64,000 nt of DNA from an uncultured Acidobacteriota bacterium (GCA_963772255.1 CAVYWK010000021.1:211462-275461), one strand, 5' to 3'; shown: positions 10,688 to 22,626, counted from the first letter of the stretch. Notes: generated by a model not told the origin, from the sequence alone. Numbers and translations are program-made.

Positions 10688-10955
10688 TTGGCCTCCGTTC
10701 TTGCCTAGAATCTAATCCTCGGCAGACCGCTCTGCAAGGGGCTCGGCCTTGGCGGGCGAGGCGAGTGGATGTCGTCCTCCGGGTCTGGGCGCACCGCTCC
10801 CAAGTTTCCCGACCTCAGAATCCGGACATGGGAGGCCTTCTTCCGCGACCCTCCCCCTCTCGGTCGCCCGAAACCTGGAGCCGCCTTCCTTCGTCTTAAG
10901 GGGGTGAAGGCGGCCGCTCAACGCAAACAAGGCCCGCCAGGAAGAGGAGAGGACC

Positions 10956-11888
10956 ATGCGAGTGCATCGGACACTTTTGGCCGGGCTGTTCTTGGCGGCG
11001 GCCCTGGGCGCGGCGGGAGAGACGGCGACCTTCCACGGGACCAAGACGCTCGTCCCCAAACAGGGGGGTACATTGAAGGTGGAAGGGTCCTTTCAGGACA
11101 TTTCCGTGACCCTGGCCCCCGGGACCTCCGTGGAGGTCACGGTGGACATGAAGCTCAGCGCTTGGCCCCAGGATTCCAAGGAGGCGCTCAAGGCCTACGA
11201 GCCGGTTTATTCGGAGGAGGGCAACACGCTTCTCATACGCTGCCGATCGCAGCACCAGCTCAGCGTGGGATTTCTCAACTCCTCGGGGACCATCGCCATC
11301 CGCATGCCCCCGGGAATGAACCTGGACCTGCATACGGGCTCGGGAGACCTCGAGGTCAGGGGAGACTTGGGCAGCTACGATCTGGTGGGTGACACGGGCT
11401 CGGGGGACGTGCGCATGGAGGGTGGGCTGAGGACCCTCTCGGCGGAGACGGGCTCCGGTGACGTGAAGGCCAAGCTCACGGCGCCGGCCACCTCCGCCAA
11501 AATCCACACGGGCTCGGGGGATGTGAACTTTTCCGGAGGCTGCGCGCGATTTGAAGCCAGCGCGGGATCCGGGAACATCACGGCCGACGGGCTTGTGGGC
11601 CCGGGCACCTTCGAGACGGGCTCGGGGGATATCGAGGCGCTTTGGACCCGGCTGGCCGACGGGACTGCGGTCAAGGCCGAATCGGGCTCGGGCAGGATCC
11701 ACCTGGGCCTTCCCGCGGATGCGACACTCTCGGGTGACCTGGACACGGGCTCCGGAGACATCCGGAGTGACTTCCCCGGCAAGTCCAGCCAGAAGGGGCG
11801 CCACTGGTCCTTCCTGGGCGGCCCCGGCGCGTCTCGCTTCAGTGTGGAAACGGGCTCGGGGGACATTCACGTCGTCAAGGGGAGCTGA
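10956..11888 (+). CDS. Secreted DUF4097-type beta-strand repeat protein
   Basis: Signal peptide plus many (E/D/H)TGSGD repeats. Confidence 0.8.
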   Translation: MRVHRTLLAGLFLAAALGAAGETATFHGTKTLVPKQGGTLKVEGSFQDISVTLAPGTSVEVTVDMKLSAWPQDSKEALKAYEPVYSEEGNTLLIRCRSQHQLSVGFLNSSGTIAIRMPPGMNLDLHTGSGDLEVRGDLGSYDLVGDTGSGDVRMEGGLRTLSAETGSGDVKAKLTAPATSAKIHTGSGDVNFSGGCARFEASAGSGNITADGLVGPGTFETGSGDIEALWTRLADGTAVKAESGSGRIHLGLPADATLSGDLDTGSGDIRSDFPGKSSQKGRHWSFLGGPGASRFSVETGSGDIHVVKGS

Positions 11889-12121
11889 AGCGCGCCCCGA
11901 GAATATCCAGTGCCTGATCTCAGGAAGCGGTCGCCCCTCCTGGGGGGCGGCCGTTGCGCTATCCACGGGGAGAGGATCTTTGCCATGACACATCGGCCGG
12001 CCGGGTGGATTGAGGCCATCATTAGTCGCCGAAGGCCCGCTCCGCCTTGACTTTGGAGCCCGTAGGCGCTACAACCTGAGGTGCCCGGAGGGCGAGGAGC
12101 GCCGGTGCAGGAAGGAGTTTG

Positions 12122-13274
12122 ATGTCCAGAAAAGAATGGGCCCTGGCCCTCCTGCTCGCGGTGCCGACCGCCGGGCTTGCTCAGCAGTTTGGCCCGCCCC
12201 TTCCCGGAACACCGGGCGGGGAATCCCGGCCGGCGGCCGAAGGATTTCGCCTGGCACCCGTGGTCATCACCGACCTCCTGGACGCGCCCATGGGTACGGG
12301 CTCCGCCGAACCTTCCTCCATCCTTCAAACTCGCCAGCGATTCAATTCCGGCCGGGACAAGGTCCTCGTGGACATCCTCCGGCCCAGGGCCCCGGGACGC
12401 TACCCCGCCGTCATCCTCCTCCACGGTGCCCACCCGACCCGCGGTGACGCAGTACTACTACGACATGGCCGAAGACCTCGCCCGAAAGGGCTACGTCTGC
12501 CTCTTCGTCCGTTACTACGACCGCGGGAGGAAGGGCCGGGGGAACCGCGCCGATTGGACCAGGACCGTGGGAGACGCCCTGACCTTCGCGACCACCCTCC
12601 CCGATGTCAATTCCTCGCGGATGGCGCTTCTGGGGTACTCTCTGGGCGCCTTCCTGTCTCTCACCTACGCCCCCACCGACCCTCGAGTTCAGGCGGTGGT
12701 TGCCTTCTACGGGGGCGTCTCTCCAGGAGACATGCCTAAGGCCATGGAGAACCTGCCTCCTACGCTCCTGCTCCACGGCACCTACGACCGGACGGTGCCC
12801 GTGCGACGCTCCATCGAGGCGTTTGAGCAACTCCGCCTGAAGGCCAAGCCGGTGGATGTGGTGATCTACCCCAAGGTGGGTCACGGATTCACGCTGCACA
12901 CCCGCGGCGGATGGGACGAGATCGCTGGAGAGGATTCCTGGGAGCGCACCATCGCGTTTCTCAATTTCCACCTCAAGTACCCCGCCTGGACGCCCGAGGT
13001 TCCCCTGCCGGATCCGCAGGTCCCGGGAGACCCCCGGACCGCGGCTCCCCGCCGAGACCTCTTCCCGGGCCAGCCCGCGCTTGAGATGCCCTATCTCGAG
13101 CAGATCGACAGGGCGGGCGCGCACACGGTCCTGGTGAACCCCTCCCCCGAGGAGGCGAAGGCCCTCACCACGAGAGCCCCTTCCTCCTCCCGGAGCCGTT
13201 CTCACAAGAAGGCCACCCCCAAGGTCAAGGGCAAGGCGCCCGCCGCGAAGCCGGCCATTCCCAAGAAACCCTAG
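12122..13274 (+). CDS. Secreted dienelactone-hydrolase-like alpha/beta hydrolase (frameshift near 12445)
   Basis: Signal peptide and PAVILLHG in one frame; GYSLG, HGTYD and GHGF (catalytic triad) in another; Lys/Pro-rich tail. Confidence 0.75.
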
Positions 13275-13403
13275 GGAAGATCTCGACGCCCGAGCGGTTG
13301 CATCGCCTCCCCCGCCACGATAAGGTATGAGCATGAGGCGCACGGGGATTCGGCGCCACCACCGATTTCGCCTCCCTGGCGCGATGATCTGCGGAGGATC
13401 CGG

Positions 13404-16400
13404 ATGACCATCCCCTCGCGGTCGGCGGTCGCGGCAATCCTTTGGATCGCCCTTCTCGCATCGGCTTTGCCCCTCCATGCACTTGATCCCTCCAAAACGA
13501 TCACCCAGTACGCCCGCGATTCGTGGACCACCCAGACCGGCCTTCCTCAAAACTCGGTGTGGGCCATCGCCGAGACCCGAGACGGGTACCTGTGGATCGG
13601 AACCCAGGAGGGCCTCGTCCGATTTGACGGCCTTCGGTTCACGGTCTACGACCGCGAGAACACGGAGGTATTCAAAAGCGCGGAAGTGACGGCCCTCGCC
13701 GATGGCAGGGACGGAAGCTTGTGGGTCGGGACCCGGGGCGCCGGAGTCCTCCACTACATGGCTGGGGAATTCCGGGCCTTCACCACCCAGGAGGGGCTCG
13801 CGGACAATGTGATCTTCTCGCTGTTGCTGGATTCCACCGGCACCCTCTGGGCGAACACCGACGGGGGCCTGAGCAGCATCAGAGACGGCCGTGTTCAATC
13901 CTACGCGAATGTGGCCGGGCTCTCGGGAAATCAGGTCCGGACGCGTGGTGGAGGACGACAAGGGAGCGCTCTGGGTCGGTACGGCCCTGGGGCTGTACGT
14001 CCTCCAGGCGGGCAGGTCGGTCGGACCGCCCCTCGTGGACGGCCTGTGCGGCACCAGCGTCCGGGCACTCTCGCCGGGACAAGGCGGGCGGGCTCTATGT
14101 CGTCACGGACGGGGGAATCAGCCGGTGGAGCGGGACGACCCTCGCCTGTGTCCTGAAGGAGCCGCTGGGGCCGGTGTCGGTCAAATCTGCCTTGACCGAC
14201 TGCTGCGGGCGCACTGTGGATCGCCTCTCAGAAGGGCCTGATGCGCTTCGCGGACGGCAAGCTCCGGCGTTTCACGGCGGCGGACGGAGTCTCCAACGAC
14301 GACATCCGCGTACTGCTCGAGGATAAGGACCGCAACTTGTGGATTGGCACGCTCGGCGGCGGGCTCCTCCGTTACAGGAGGGGCGTCTTCGATCGCCTGA
14401 GTTCGGCGGAGGGATTCCTGGGGGACCAGCTCGAGGTGCTTTTATGAAGACCACGAGGGGAGCCTTTGGGTGGGTACGGACGACGGGGGACTCCATCGCC
14501 TGAAGGATGGCAAGTTCACCGTCATCGGAAAGCCGGAGGGCCTCTCCCACGACCTGGTCTGGGCCATCTATGAGGACCGGAGTGGCGCGGTCTGGCTGGG
14601 CACCGACAACGGCCTCAACCGTCTCAGCGGTGGCAAGGTCACCTCCTACTTCAAGAAGGACGGCCTCTCCAACAACATCGTCCAGGCTTTCTACGAGGAT
14701 GCGGCCGGCGACCTCTGGATCGGGACCTGGGGCGGCGGCCTGGACCGGATGCACCAGGGAAAATTCGTCTCCTTCCCCCATCAGAAGGAACTCTCCAGCG
14801 ACTATGTCACGGTGATTCAGGGAGACCGCGCCGGAAACCTTTGGGTGGGGACCCTCGGCAACGGCTTGCGCTGCCTCAGGGGCGAAGAGCTGACGACCTA
14901 CACCACCGAGAACGGGCTCTCCCACAACAAGGTCCGGGTGATCCACCAGGATCGCTCGGGAAACCTCTGGATCGGCACGAGCGGCGGGCTCAACCTCTTC
15001 AAGGACGGGAAATTCAAGGTGTTCACGACCAAGGACGGGCTCCCGAGCAAGGAGGTCTACGAGATCTTCGAGGACCGCGAGGGCGTCCTGTGGCTCGGGG
15101 TCGTGAACGGCGGGCTCAGCCGGTTTGACGGCCACTCGTTCAAGAATTACACGAGCAGGGACGGGCTCTTCAGCGACGGAGTCTTCGGCATCCAGGAGGA
15201 CGGGCTGGGCAACTTCTGGATGACCTCCAACAAGGGCCTGTTTCGGGTATCCAGGAGACAGATTCAAGAGCTTGACGAGGGAAAGCGCAAGCGGCTGGAA
15301 TGCAACTCTTACGGCCTGGCCGACGGCATGCGCAGTTTCGAGTGCAACGGGAGCGTCCAGCCCTGCACGTGGAAGACGAGGGATGGGAGCCTGTGGTTTG
15401 CCACGACCGGCGGCGCCGTGGTCCTCAAGCCCGGTCCCGTGCGGCAGAACCAGCTGCCGCCGCCCGTGGTCGTGGAAAGCGTCTCCTGCGATGGCAGGGA
15501 CGTGGACATGGCTCATTTGCGGGACTTCCCGGCGAACGTCCGCGAGGTCGAAATCCGCTACACGGCCCCGAGCCTTCTCTGGCCCGACAAGGTGCGATTC
15601 CGCTACATCCTTGAGGGATATCAAGCCAATTGGGTGGATGTGGAACACGGCCGGGACCGGGTCGCGAGCTACACCAATCTGCCGCCCGGCGAATACACTT
15701 TCCGGGTCAAGGCCGCGAACAACGACGGCGTGTGGAATGAGACGGGCGCCTCTTGGAGCTTCAGGATCCAATCCCACTTCTACCAGACCGCCTGGTTTTA
15801 TGTCCTCGCGCTCCTGGCCATGGCGGCGCTCGTGGTGGGCGGCTACCAGTGGCGCATGAGTGTCTTCTCGAAGCGGCAGCGGGAGCTGGCCCTGCTGGTG
15901 GAGGAGCGAACCCGCGAGCTGGATGACGCCCGGCTGCAGGCCGAGGGATCGAACCGCGCCAAGACGGAGTTCCTGGCCAACATGAGCCACGAGCTGCGAA
16001 CGCCCATGAACGCCATCATCGGCTTCTCGGAAGTCCTGGAGGACCAGTACTTCGGGCCGCTCAGTCCCAAACAGCGGGAGCACGTGGCGAATATCCTCTC
16101 CAGCGCGCGCCACCTGCTCAGCCTGATCAACGACATCCTGGACCTGGCCAAGGTGGAGGCCGGACGGATGGAGCTGGAGTTGAACTCGTTCGTCCCGAGA
16201 GACTTGCTGATCTCGGCCATGACCATGGTCCGGGAGCGCGCCTACAAGCAGGGTATCGGCTTGGACATGAGCCCTGGAGCCGGTTCGGATCTCGTGGTGG
16301 AGGCGGACGAGCGAAAGATCAAGCAGGTCCTCTTCAACCTGTTGAGCAACGCCGTCAAGTTCACACCCAAGGGGAAATCGGTCCGCATCTCCTCATGGCT

Positions 16401-16695
16401 GACCAGGCCCCACCCCCGGGGGGACGGGAAACCGCGCCTCGTGCTTTGCGTGGAGGACGAAGGCATCGGCATCCAGGCGGAGGACCTCCCCCGGCTCTTC
16501 AAACCCTTCACCCAACTGGAGTCGGCCTACACCAAGCGGTTTGAGGGGACGGGTCTTGGGCTCGCCCTCACCCGGAAGCTCGTGGAACTTCACGGTGGTC
16601 AGATCCGGGTGGAGAGCGAAGTCGGGGTGGGCAGCAAATTCACCGTGGAGTTCCCGGTGCACCTGGCGACCGGGTGGCCGAAGGAGGACCCATGA
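13404..16695 (+). CDS. Beta-propeller (Reg_prop/Y_Y_Y) sensor histidine kinase (several frameshifts, 13940-14450)
   Basis: Signal peptide, repeated 'GNLWIGT..GL' propeller units, [13 protein letters not shown], a TM segment, [10 protein letters not shown]-box, GTGLGL. Confidence 0.88.
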
Positions 16696-17078
16696 GCCCT
16701 AAGATCCTGATCGTTGAGGACAACGTCCAGAACAGGCTCCTCATGGTGGACATCTTGAAAGTTCACGGGTTTGAAATCATCGAGGCGCGGGACGGCCAGG
16801 AGGGAATCCAGTTGGCCAGGGACCAGCAGCCGGACCTCATCCTCCTGGATATGCAGATGCCCGTGATGGACGGGTTGGAGGCCGCCAGGCGCCTCAAGGC
16901 GGACCCCGAGACCCGGGCCATCAAGATTCTCGCCATCACGTCGTTCGCCATGAAGGGCGACCGGGAGAGGATCCTCGCGGCGGGGTGCGACGAGTACATG
17001 GCCAAACCCATCGATACGCGGCAGCTGCCCGTCGTTGTTCGACACCTCCTCAATCTGGGCGATGGACATGGACCCTAG
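16692..17078 (+). CDS. Single-domain response regulator (DivK/CheY-like)
   Basis: ILIVEDN, LDMQMP, AMKGD, YMAKPID; AGGAGG SD; ATGA overlap with the kinase. Confidence 0.9.
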   Translation: MSPKILIVEDNVQNRLLMVDILKVHGFEIIEARDGQEGIQLARDQQPDLILLDMQMPVMDGLEAARRLKADPETRAIKILAITSFAMKGDRERILAAGCDEYMAKPIDTRQLPVVVRHLLNLGDGHGP

Positions 17079-18579
17079 GCCGCGCATCCTGTGCGTGGAC
17101 GACGAGGCCTTCAACCTCGGCCTCCTGGAAGCGCTCCTCGAGCCCCGCGGTTTCGAGGTACTCAAGGTCACCTGCGGCCCGGACGCCCTCAAGCTTCTGA
17201 GCACTGACCGCGTGGACCTGGTCCTGCTGGATGTCATGATGCCCGTCATGGACGGGTTTCAGGTTTGCCGGACCATCAAGGCGAACGAGCTCACCCGGGG
17301 CGTTCCCGTGGTTCTCCTCACCGCCCTGAGCGGGCGGGAGGACAGGATCCAGGGCATCGAAGCGGGGGCGGACGACTTCCTCATCAAACCTTTCGACAAA
17401 GGGGAGATTCTGGCGCGCATCAAGATGCTCCTGGGGGTCAAGGCACTGAACCAGCAGTTGCGCGGGGCTTACCAGAACATCCTGGGACTGGTGGCCGTGG
17501 GCGGTGATCTCATCAGGGCCTTCGACCCGCTGACCTTCAGCCTCCACAAGAGCGTGGACGCCTTCGCGGCCCAGTTGATCCGCGGCGCGCAGACGGACCT
17601 CGAGAAGCCCCGGATCGCCCTCGTCGGCCTGCCCGCCCCAGAGGGGCATTGGTCCTGGCGGCAGTACTCGGACCTGGAGAGCGGTGTTTCCAAGATTCCC
17701 GTCACCGTCGCCATCCCCGTGGAAGTGGTCCGGGCATCCGACTCACACCTCGTCTTTTTCAACTCACAGGACCTGTTGGCGCCCTCCGCGGCCTGGCTCC
17801 CCATGGCGGTCACCTCGCTGGGCGTCGAGCTGAAGAACGCCGTGTGCTACTTGAGCACCGATCTGATCGTCATGTTGCTCAATTTCGGCAAGGAGGTGAC
17901 GGCCTACGACGCCGCGGTCCTCGAGAGCCTCGTCACCCAGAGCCTGTTCCTGCGCTCCCTGGCCCTGCAGATCAGCGAAACCGAAAACGCCTTCCTGTAC
18001 ACCGTGCAAGCTCTCGCCCGAGCCGCAGAGGCAAACGACGAGAACACGGGCAACCACATCCAGCGGCTGGGAGAATACTGCGCGGCCGTGGCCGAGCGCC
18101 TGGCCATGCCCTCATCTTTCGTCAGGGCGCTGAGAGTTCAGGCCCAGATGCATGACGTGGGTAAGATTCACATCCACCCGGACCTCCTTCGAAAGAGCGG
18201 GGGCCTGACCAGCGAGGAATGGGCGGAAGTGCACAAACACACGCTCTACGGCGCCATGATCCTGGGGGACCACCCCCGGTTGGCGATGGCCAAGAACGTG
18301 GCGCTGAGCCATCACGAGAAATGGGATGGAAGCGGGTATCCCTTCGGCCTCTCCGGGGAGGAGATTCCCATCGAGGGTCGCATCGTGTGCATCGCGGATC
18401 AGTACGATGCCCTGCGCAGCCTCAGAACCTACAAGCCCGCGCTCGATCACGCCACCACCGTGAGAATTATTACGGAAGGGGACGAACGGACCTCCCCCGC
18501 ACACTTTGACCCGCAGGTCTTGGAGGCCTTCAGCGCCATCCACCCCCAGTTCCGAGAAATCTTCGGACGGCTATCCTAG
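17062..18579 (+). CDS. REC-HD-GYP response regulator / cyclic dinucleotide phosphodiesterase
   Basis: N-terminal REC; HDVGK and [11 protein letters not shown] motifs. Confidence 0.9.
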   Translation: MDMDPRPRILCVDDEAFNLGLLEALLEPRGFEVLKVTCGPDALKLLSTDRVDLVLLDVMMPVMDGFQVCRTIKANELTRGVPVVLLTALSGREDRIQGIEAGADDFLIKPFDKGEILARIKMLLGVKALNQQLRGAYQNILGLVAVGGDLIRAFDPLTFSLHKSVDAFAAQLIRGAQTDLEKPRIALVGLPAPEGHWSWRQYSDLESGVSKIPVTVAIPVEVVRASDSHLVFFNSQDLLAPSAAWLPMAVTSLGVELKNAVCYLSTDLIVMLLNFGKEVTAYDAAVLESLVTQSLFLRSLALQISETENAFLYTVQALARAAEANDENTGNHIQRLGEYCAAVAERLAMPSSFVRALRVQAQMHDVGKIHIHPDLLRKSGGLTSEEWAEVHKHTLYGAMILGDHPRLAMAKNVALSHHEKWDGSGYPFGLSGEEIPIEGRIVCIADQYDALRSLRTYKPALDHATTVRIITEGDERTSPAHFDPQVLEAFSAIHPQFREIFGRLS

Positions 18580-18652
18580 CGGGCGGCTCCTGAACTCGGA
18601 AAGGGCGCCCTCCTTCAGTTCGACCCCCGCCGGACGTCGCGTCCGGCCTGCC

Positions 18653-19651
18653 TTACTTGCCCCGGGTGTCGATGCTCACCTGGACCGATAGCCCCACCCG
18701 GAGCTTGTGCCCTGGGTCGGAGGCAGGGTTGATTCGTATTTTCACAGGGACGCGCTGGACCACCTTCACCCAGTTCCCTGTGGCGTTCTCGGGCGGAAGC
18801 AGGGAGAAGGCGGCCCCCGTCCCTGCGCTGATGCTATCCACAGTGCCCCGGTACTCCGTGCCTTTGTCGACGTCGGCCCGGAGCGTGCACGGCTGTCCCG
18901 GCCGAACATTCTTGAGCTGAGTCTCCTTGAAGTTGGCTTCCACCCAGATGTCGTCCAGGGCCAAGGGCACCACGGCGAAGAGAGGCTGGCCCGGCGCCAC
19001 CACGTTGCCCGCCTCCGCCATCTTACGGCTGACCACCCCCGTCACGGGAGCGACGACCGTGCAGTACGACCTCTGGAGCCTGGCCTGTTCGAGTTGCGCC
19101 TGGGCGGTCCCCACCTTCATCCTGCTTACGCCAAGCCCGGCGCTTCCCAGAGAAACGGTTTTCTCGATGGTGGCGAGCTGGGCCTTGGCCACGGCTTCCG
19201 CCGTTACGGCCTGGTCGTATTTCTGTTTGGGAATGGACTGCCGCTCGTAGAGAGCGCTGATGCGTGCCCGGTCAGCGCGCGCCAGGTCGAGCTGGCTTTG
19301 AGCCGCCGCGATCTGGGCCTTGGCCTGGGCGATGTTGGCTTCCTTCACGGCCACGTCCGCCGTGGATTCGTCGAGTTTGGCTTGGGCGTTGGCGAGGGCG
19401 GCGTCGTAATCGCGGGGGTCGATGGTGGCCACCGTCTGGCCCTTCTCCACCGCCTGGTTCTCCAGCACGTCGAGCGCCAGGAGCGTCCCCGGAATCCGGG
19501 AGGCCACCGAGTAGATGTGCCCCCTCACGTAGGCGTCCTCGGTCTCGATGTGCCACTGGGCGTGCCTCCATCTTCCGTAGCCGAAGACGGCAGCGGCGAC
19601 CACGAAGATCCCCATCACGCTCAGCGCCACCCATTTCCGCCTCACGGCCAT
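18653..19651 (-). CDS. emrA: EmrA/HlyD-family periplasmic adaptor
   Basis: TEDAYV, ANFKETQL, FSLLPPENATGNWVKVVQRVPV. Confidence 0.92.
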   Translation of the reverse strand: MAVRRKWVALSVMGIFVVAAAVFGYGRWRHAQWHIETEDAYVRGHIYSVASRIPGTLLALDVLENQAVEKGQTVATIDPRDYDAALANAQAKLDESTADVAVKEANIAQAKAQIAAAQSQLDLARADRARISALYERQSIPKQKYDQAVTAEAVAKAQLATIEKTVSLGSAGLGVSRMKVGTAQAQLEQARLQRSYCTVVAPVTGVVSRKMAEAGNVVAPGQPLFAVVPLALDDIWVEANFKETQLKNVRPGQPCTLRADVDKGTEYRGTVDSISAGTGAAFSLLPPENATGNWVKVVQRVPVKIRINPASDPGHKLRVGLSVQVSIDTRGK

Positions 19652-20980
19652 TTAATTCTCCTTCGCGGGAGCGCCGGGCCCCGCCTCATAGAAGGCCACC
19701 AGATCCTCGCCCATGGCCGCCAGCAGCACCGCCTGGCGGGCATAGGCTTCGTAGTGCATGTGCACCACGCCGTAACGGCTCTCGGCCAGCACCGACTCTG
19801 CGTCGAGCACGTCCGTGGTCCGGGCGAGGCCCTCCTTGTACTGGTCTTCGACGATGCGCAGGTTCTCCTCGGAGGCGGCCACGTTGGCCCGGGCCGTTTC
19901 CGCCTCTTTCAGCGCTTCCCCATAGTCTCTCAGCGCTTGGCCCACGGCCAGACTCACGCCCCTCTTGGCGTCCTCCAACTCCCGCCTCGCCTTCTCCACC
20001 TCGTCGGCGGCCTGGCGGATCCTGGCGGCTCGTGCGCCCCCGTCGAACACGTCCAGGGTGACCCCCAGGAACAGCGAGTTGACGTGCGGGTAGAGGAGGT
20101 AATCGTTCTGCTGGTAACTGTTGGAGAACTGGGCGACGAAATTCGGGTAGTAGTCCCGGCGTCTCAGTTCCACGGCCTGCTCCAGGCCCTTCACTTTCTG
20201 AGTCAGAGCCTTTACCGCATCGTTGTGGTCCACCGCGCGGGTCCGGCAGGCGGCCTCGTCCCACGGGACCGGCGGGGGTGGCGGGAGTCCTTCCGGGAGG
20301 GCCTGCGGGGTCGTTGGATCCATCCCCAAGTCCCTGTTCAAGGCCTCCAGGGAGGTGGCGCATGCGTTGTCCAGCGCGCGCGCCTGGTCGCCCACGGTGC
20401 GCAGGGCGACCTCCGTGCGAAGCAGGTCGTTCCGCGCCGTCATGCCCTCGTCGAAGAGGTCCTTGACGATGCGCAGATAGTCCCCGAGCGCTTTCTGCCG
20501 CAGCTGGAGGACGCCCCGCTGGTCACGCTGGGAGAGCAGAGCGACGTAGCGCCCCGCCACGACCGCCTGCATCCGGCGGACGTCCGAAGTGCCCTTGAGC
20601 TCCACCGCCGACTCCATGGCCCTGCTGGACGCCATGGCCGACTGGCGCCTGCCCCCGTCCCACAGCACCTGCTGAACGGTGATGCTGTACTGCCAGTAGG
20701 CCTGGTTCGAGGAGGGAAAGATGATCGGACCGCTCTTGAAGAAGGGCTGGTTGTCGAGGTTCATGTGCCCCCCGTCCAGGGTGATGAGCGGATAGTATCC
20801 GGCCTTCACGCGGGCCGTATCCTCCTTGGCGGAGGCCAGATCGAGGCGGGCCGATTCCGCGGGCAGGGAGGTTTGCGCCACGAGGCGGAGGGCCTCCGGG
20901 AGGGTCAGAAGAACCTGGGCGGGGGCCGACAGCGCGCTCAAAAAAACCGCGGCCGCCAGGGTCGCACGGCCGATCCTCAC
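19652..20980 (-). CDS. TolC-family outer membrane efflux protein
   Basis: Signal peptide, two OEP repeats (YYP..., YKEGLARTTDVLDAE); GTG start overlaps the tetR stop. Confidence 0.88.
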   Translation of the reverse strand: MRIGRATLAAAVFLSALSAPAQVLLTLPEALRLVAQTSLPAESARLDLASAKEDTARVKAGYYPLITLDGGHMNLDNQPFFKSGPIIFPSSNQAYWQYSITVQQVLWDGGRRQSAMASSRAMESAVELKGTSDVRRMQAVVAGRYVALLSQRDQRGVLQLRQKALGDYLRIVKDLFDEGMTARNDLLRTEVALRTVGDQARALDNACATSLEALNRDLGMDPTTPQALPEGLPPPPPVPWDEAACRTRAVDHNDAVKALTQKVKGLEQAVELRRRDYYPNFVAQFSNSYQQNDYLLYPHVNSLFLGVTLDVFDGGARAARIRQAADEVEKARRELEDAKRGVSLAVGQALRDYGEALKEAETARANVAASEENLRIVEDQYKEGLARTTDVLDAESVLAESRYGVVHMHYEAYARQAVLLAAMGEDLVAFYEAGPGAPAKEN

Positions 20981-21597
20981 GATCCCGCCCCGAGGCCCGA
21001 GAGGAACGCTTCCATCGTTCGGTCCACGCACGCTTCGATCTCCTCTTCCGGACGGTGCCGGAAATGGTAGTGCAGGGAGGCTTCCCACGCATTGACACAG
21101 GCTTTCGCCAGAAAATCCAGGTCCAGGGGCTTGAGCTTTCCCGCCTTGATGCAATCCGCCAGAATGTCCCGTACACGCCGCTGCTCCTCACGGTAAACTT
21201 TGTGGAGCACCGGCCCGAAACGCGACGACAGGCCCCAGTCGTAGTGCAGGCGCTCCCGGACGAAGATCGTGAAAAAGGCGGGAGCCTCTGCGAAGGCCTC
21301 GGTCTGAATGCGCTCCATCATGCGGAGACGCTGAAGGGGATCGGAGATGGGCTTGAGGGCCTCCGCGATGCGCGCCTGGATCCGCTGGACCCGTCCCCGG
21401 ATGAGGCTCTCGTAGAGATCCTGCTTGGATGAGAATTGCTCGTAGAGTCCCTGCATGCCGATCTGGGCCTCGGACGCCACCTCTTGCATGGTGGCCTCGT
21501 CGAAAGGTTTGCGGCCGAAGACCGACTCTGCCGCCGCGAGGAGCAGCTCCCGGCGCTGGGCTCTCTCCACCTCTTTTCGGGTCACCGCGGTCGCCAT
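20977..21597 (-). CDS. TetR/AcrR-family regulator
   Basis: HTH: LLAAAESVF..ATMQEVASEAQIG..GLYEQFSSKQDL. Confidence 0.88.
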   Translation of the reverse strand: MATAVTRKEVERAQRRELLLAAAESVFGRKPFDEATMQEVASEAQIGMQGLYEQFSSKQDLYESLIRGRVQRIQARIAEALKPISDPLQRLRMMERIQTEAFAEAPAFFTIFVRERLHYDWGLSSRFGPVLHKVYREEQRRVRDILADCIKAGKLKPLDLDFLAKACVNAWEASLHYHFRHRPEEEIEACVDRTMEAFLSGLGAGS

Positions 21598-21620
21598 CTC
21601 GGGAGCTCCATATTCAAGAT

Positions 21621-21653
21621 TCGGAATATAGAATCCATATTCTGATTTGTCAA
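21621..21653 (-). promoter_or_regulatory. tetR promoter with overlapping palindromic operator
   Basis: Minus strand TTGACA-17-TATATT. The imperfect palindrome TCGGAATATAGAATCCATATTCTGA (21621-21645) overlaps the -10 and spacer. Confidence 0.75.
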
Positions 21654-21786
21654 GCCCTGCACAGCACTTCGGTGCGCCCGGGCTTGCCGATCGCGTTCCC
21701 GACCCCGGCCGAACGTGAGGCCGCCGCCGTGTCCCCTCGGGGTGTATGCTGAAAACGGCGTGGGAGTCTGAAAGCGGGAGGCCCAG

Positions 21787-22626
21787 GTGCAATTGACCGT
21801 TCTGGTAGACAACAACACCCTCATCGACCGCTACTTTCAAGGCGAACCGGGCATCTCGTTCTTCATCCGGGACGGCGAGCGGCGCATCCTTTTTGACACC
21901 GGCTATTCCGGCCTCTTCCTGGCCAACGCGCGAAAGATGGACATCGACCTCCGGCGCCTCGACTGGGTCGTCCTCTCCCACGGGCACCTGGACCACACCT
22001 GGGGGCTCGATCCCCTCATCAGGCTGTTCACGGAAGCGGCCATCGAGGGGCAATCGGTCGAGCGCCCCACCGTCCTGGGCCACCCGGCCGTCCTGGGTTC
22101 GAAGCGGATCGACGCCCTTCCGAACATCGGAAGCGCCCTCTCGGAAGAAAAGATCTCGCCGCACTTCCGCCTCCGGTTTAGCCGCGAGCCGGTCTGGCTG
22201 ACGGAGCGTCTGGTCTTCCTCGGGGAAATTCCCAGGATTCTCGAATTCGAAGCAGCGCGCCCTCTGGGCGAGGTGATGACGAGGCAGGGACCGGAGCCAG
22301 ACCCGCTGGCGGACGATTCGGCCCTGGCTTACCGGTCGCAAGGCGGCCTCGTCCTCATCACCGGCTGTGCGCACGCGGGGATCTGCAACACCATCGAGCA
22401 CGCCCGCCGAGTCTGCGGCGAGGAGCGGGTTGCGGATGTCATCGGCGGGTTCCACCTGCTGGCGCCGCCGGCGGAGCGCATGGATGAGACCGTGAGGCGT
22501 TTGGAGGCCTCGGGGGTACGCATGCTGCACCCCTGCCACTGCACCGACCTATCCAGCAAGGTAGCTCTGGCCCGACGCCTTCCCGTCGAGGAGGTGGGCG
22601 TGGGGCTGCGCCTGGAATACTGCTAG
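21787..22626 (+). CDS. MBL-fold metallo-hydrolase
   Basis: LFDTG, SHGHLDHTWG, TGCAH, GGFHL, PCHCT. Confidence 0.88.
   Translation: MQLTVLVDNNTLIDRYFQGEPGISFFIRDGERRILFDTGYSGLFLANARKMDIDLRRLDWVVLSHGHLDHTWGLDPLIRLFTEAAIEGQSVERPTVLGHPAVLGSKRIDALPNIGSALSEEKISPHFRLRFSREPVWLTERLVFLGEIPRILEFEAARPLGEVMTRQGPEPDPLADDSALAYRSQGGLVLITGCAHAGICNTIEHARRVCGEERVADVIGGFHLLAPPAERMDETVRRLEASGVRMLHPCHCTDLSSKVALARRLPVEEVGVGLRLEYC

Noticed and set aside
11330-11870. Recurring ACGGGCTCGGGGGAC units as a CRISPR array or DNA repeat
   Set aside because: They encode the TGSGD protein repeats of the DUF4097-like gene.
14330-15240. Periodic repeats in the sensor kinase
   Set aside because: These are coding beta-propeller blade repeats.
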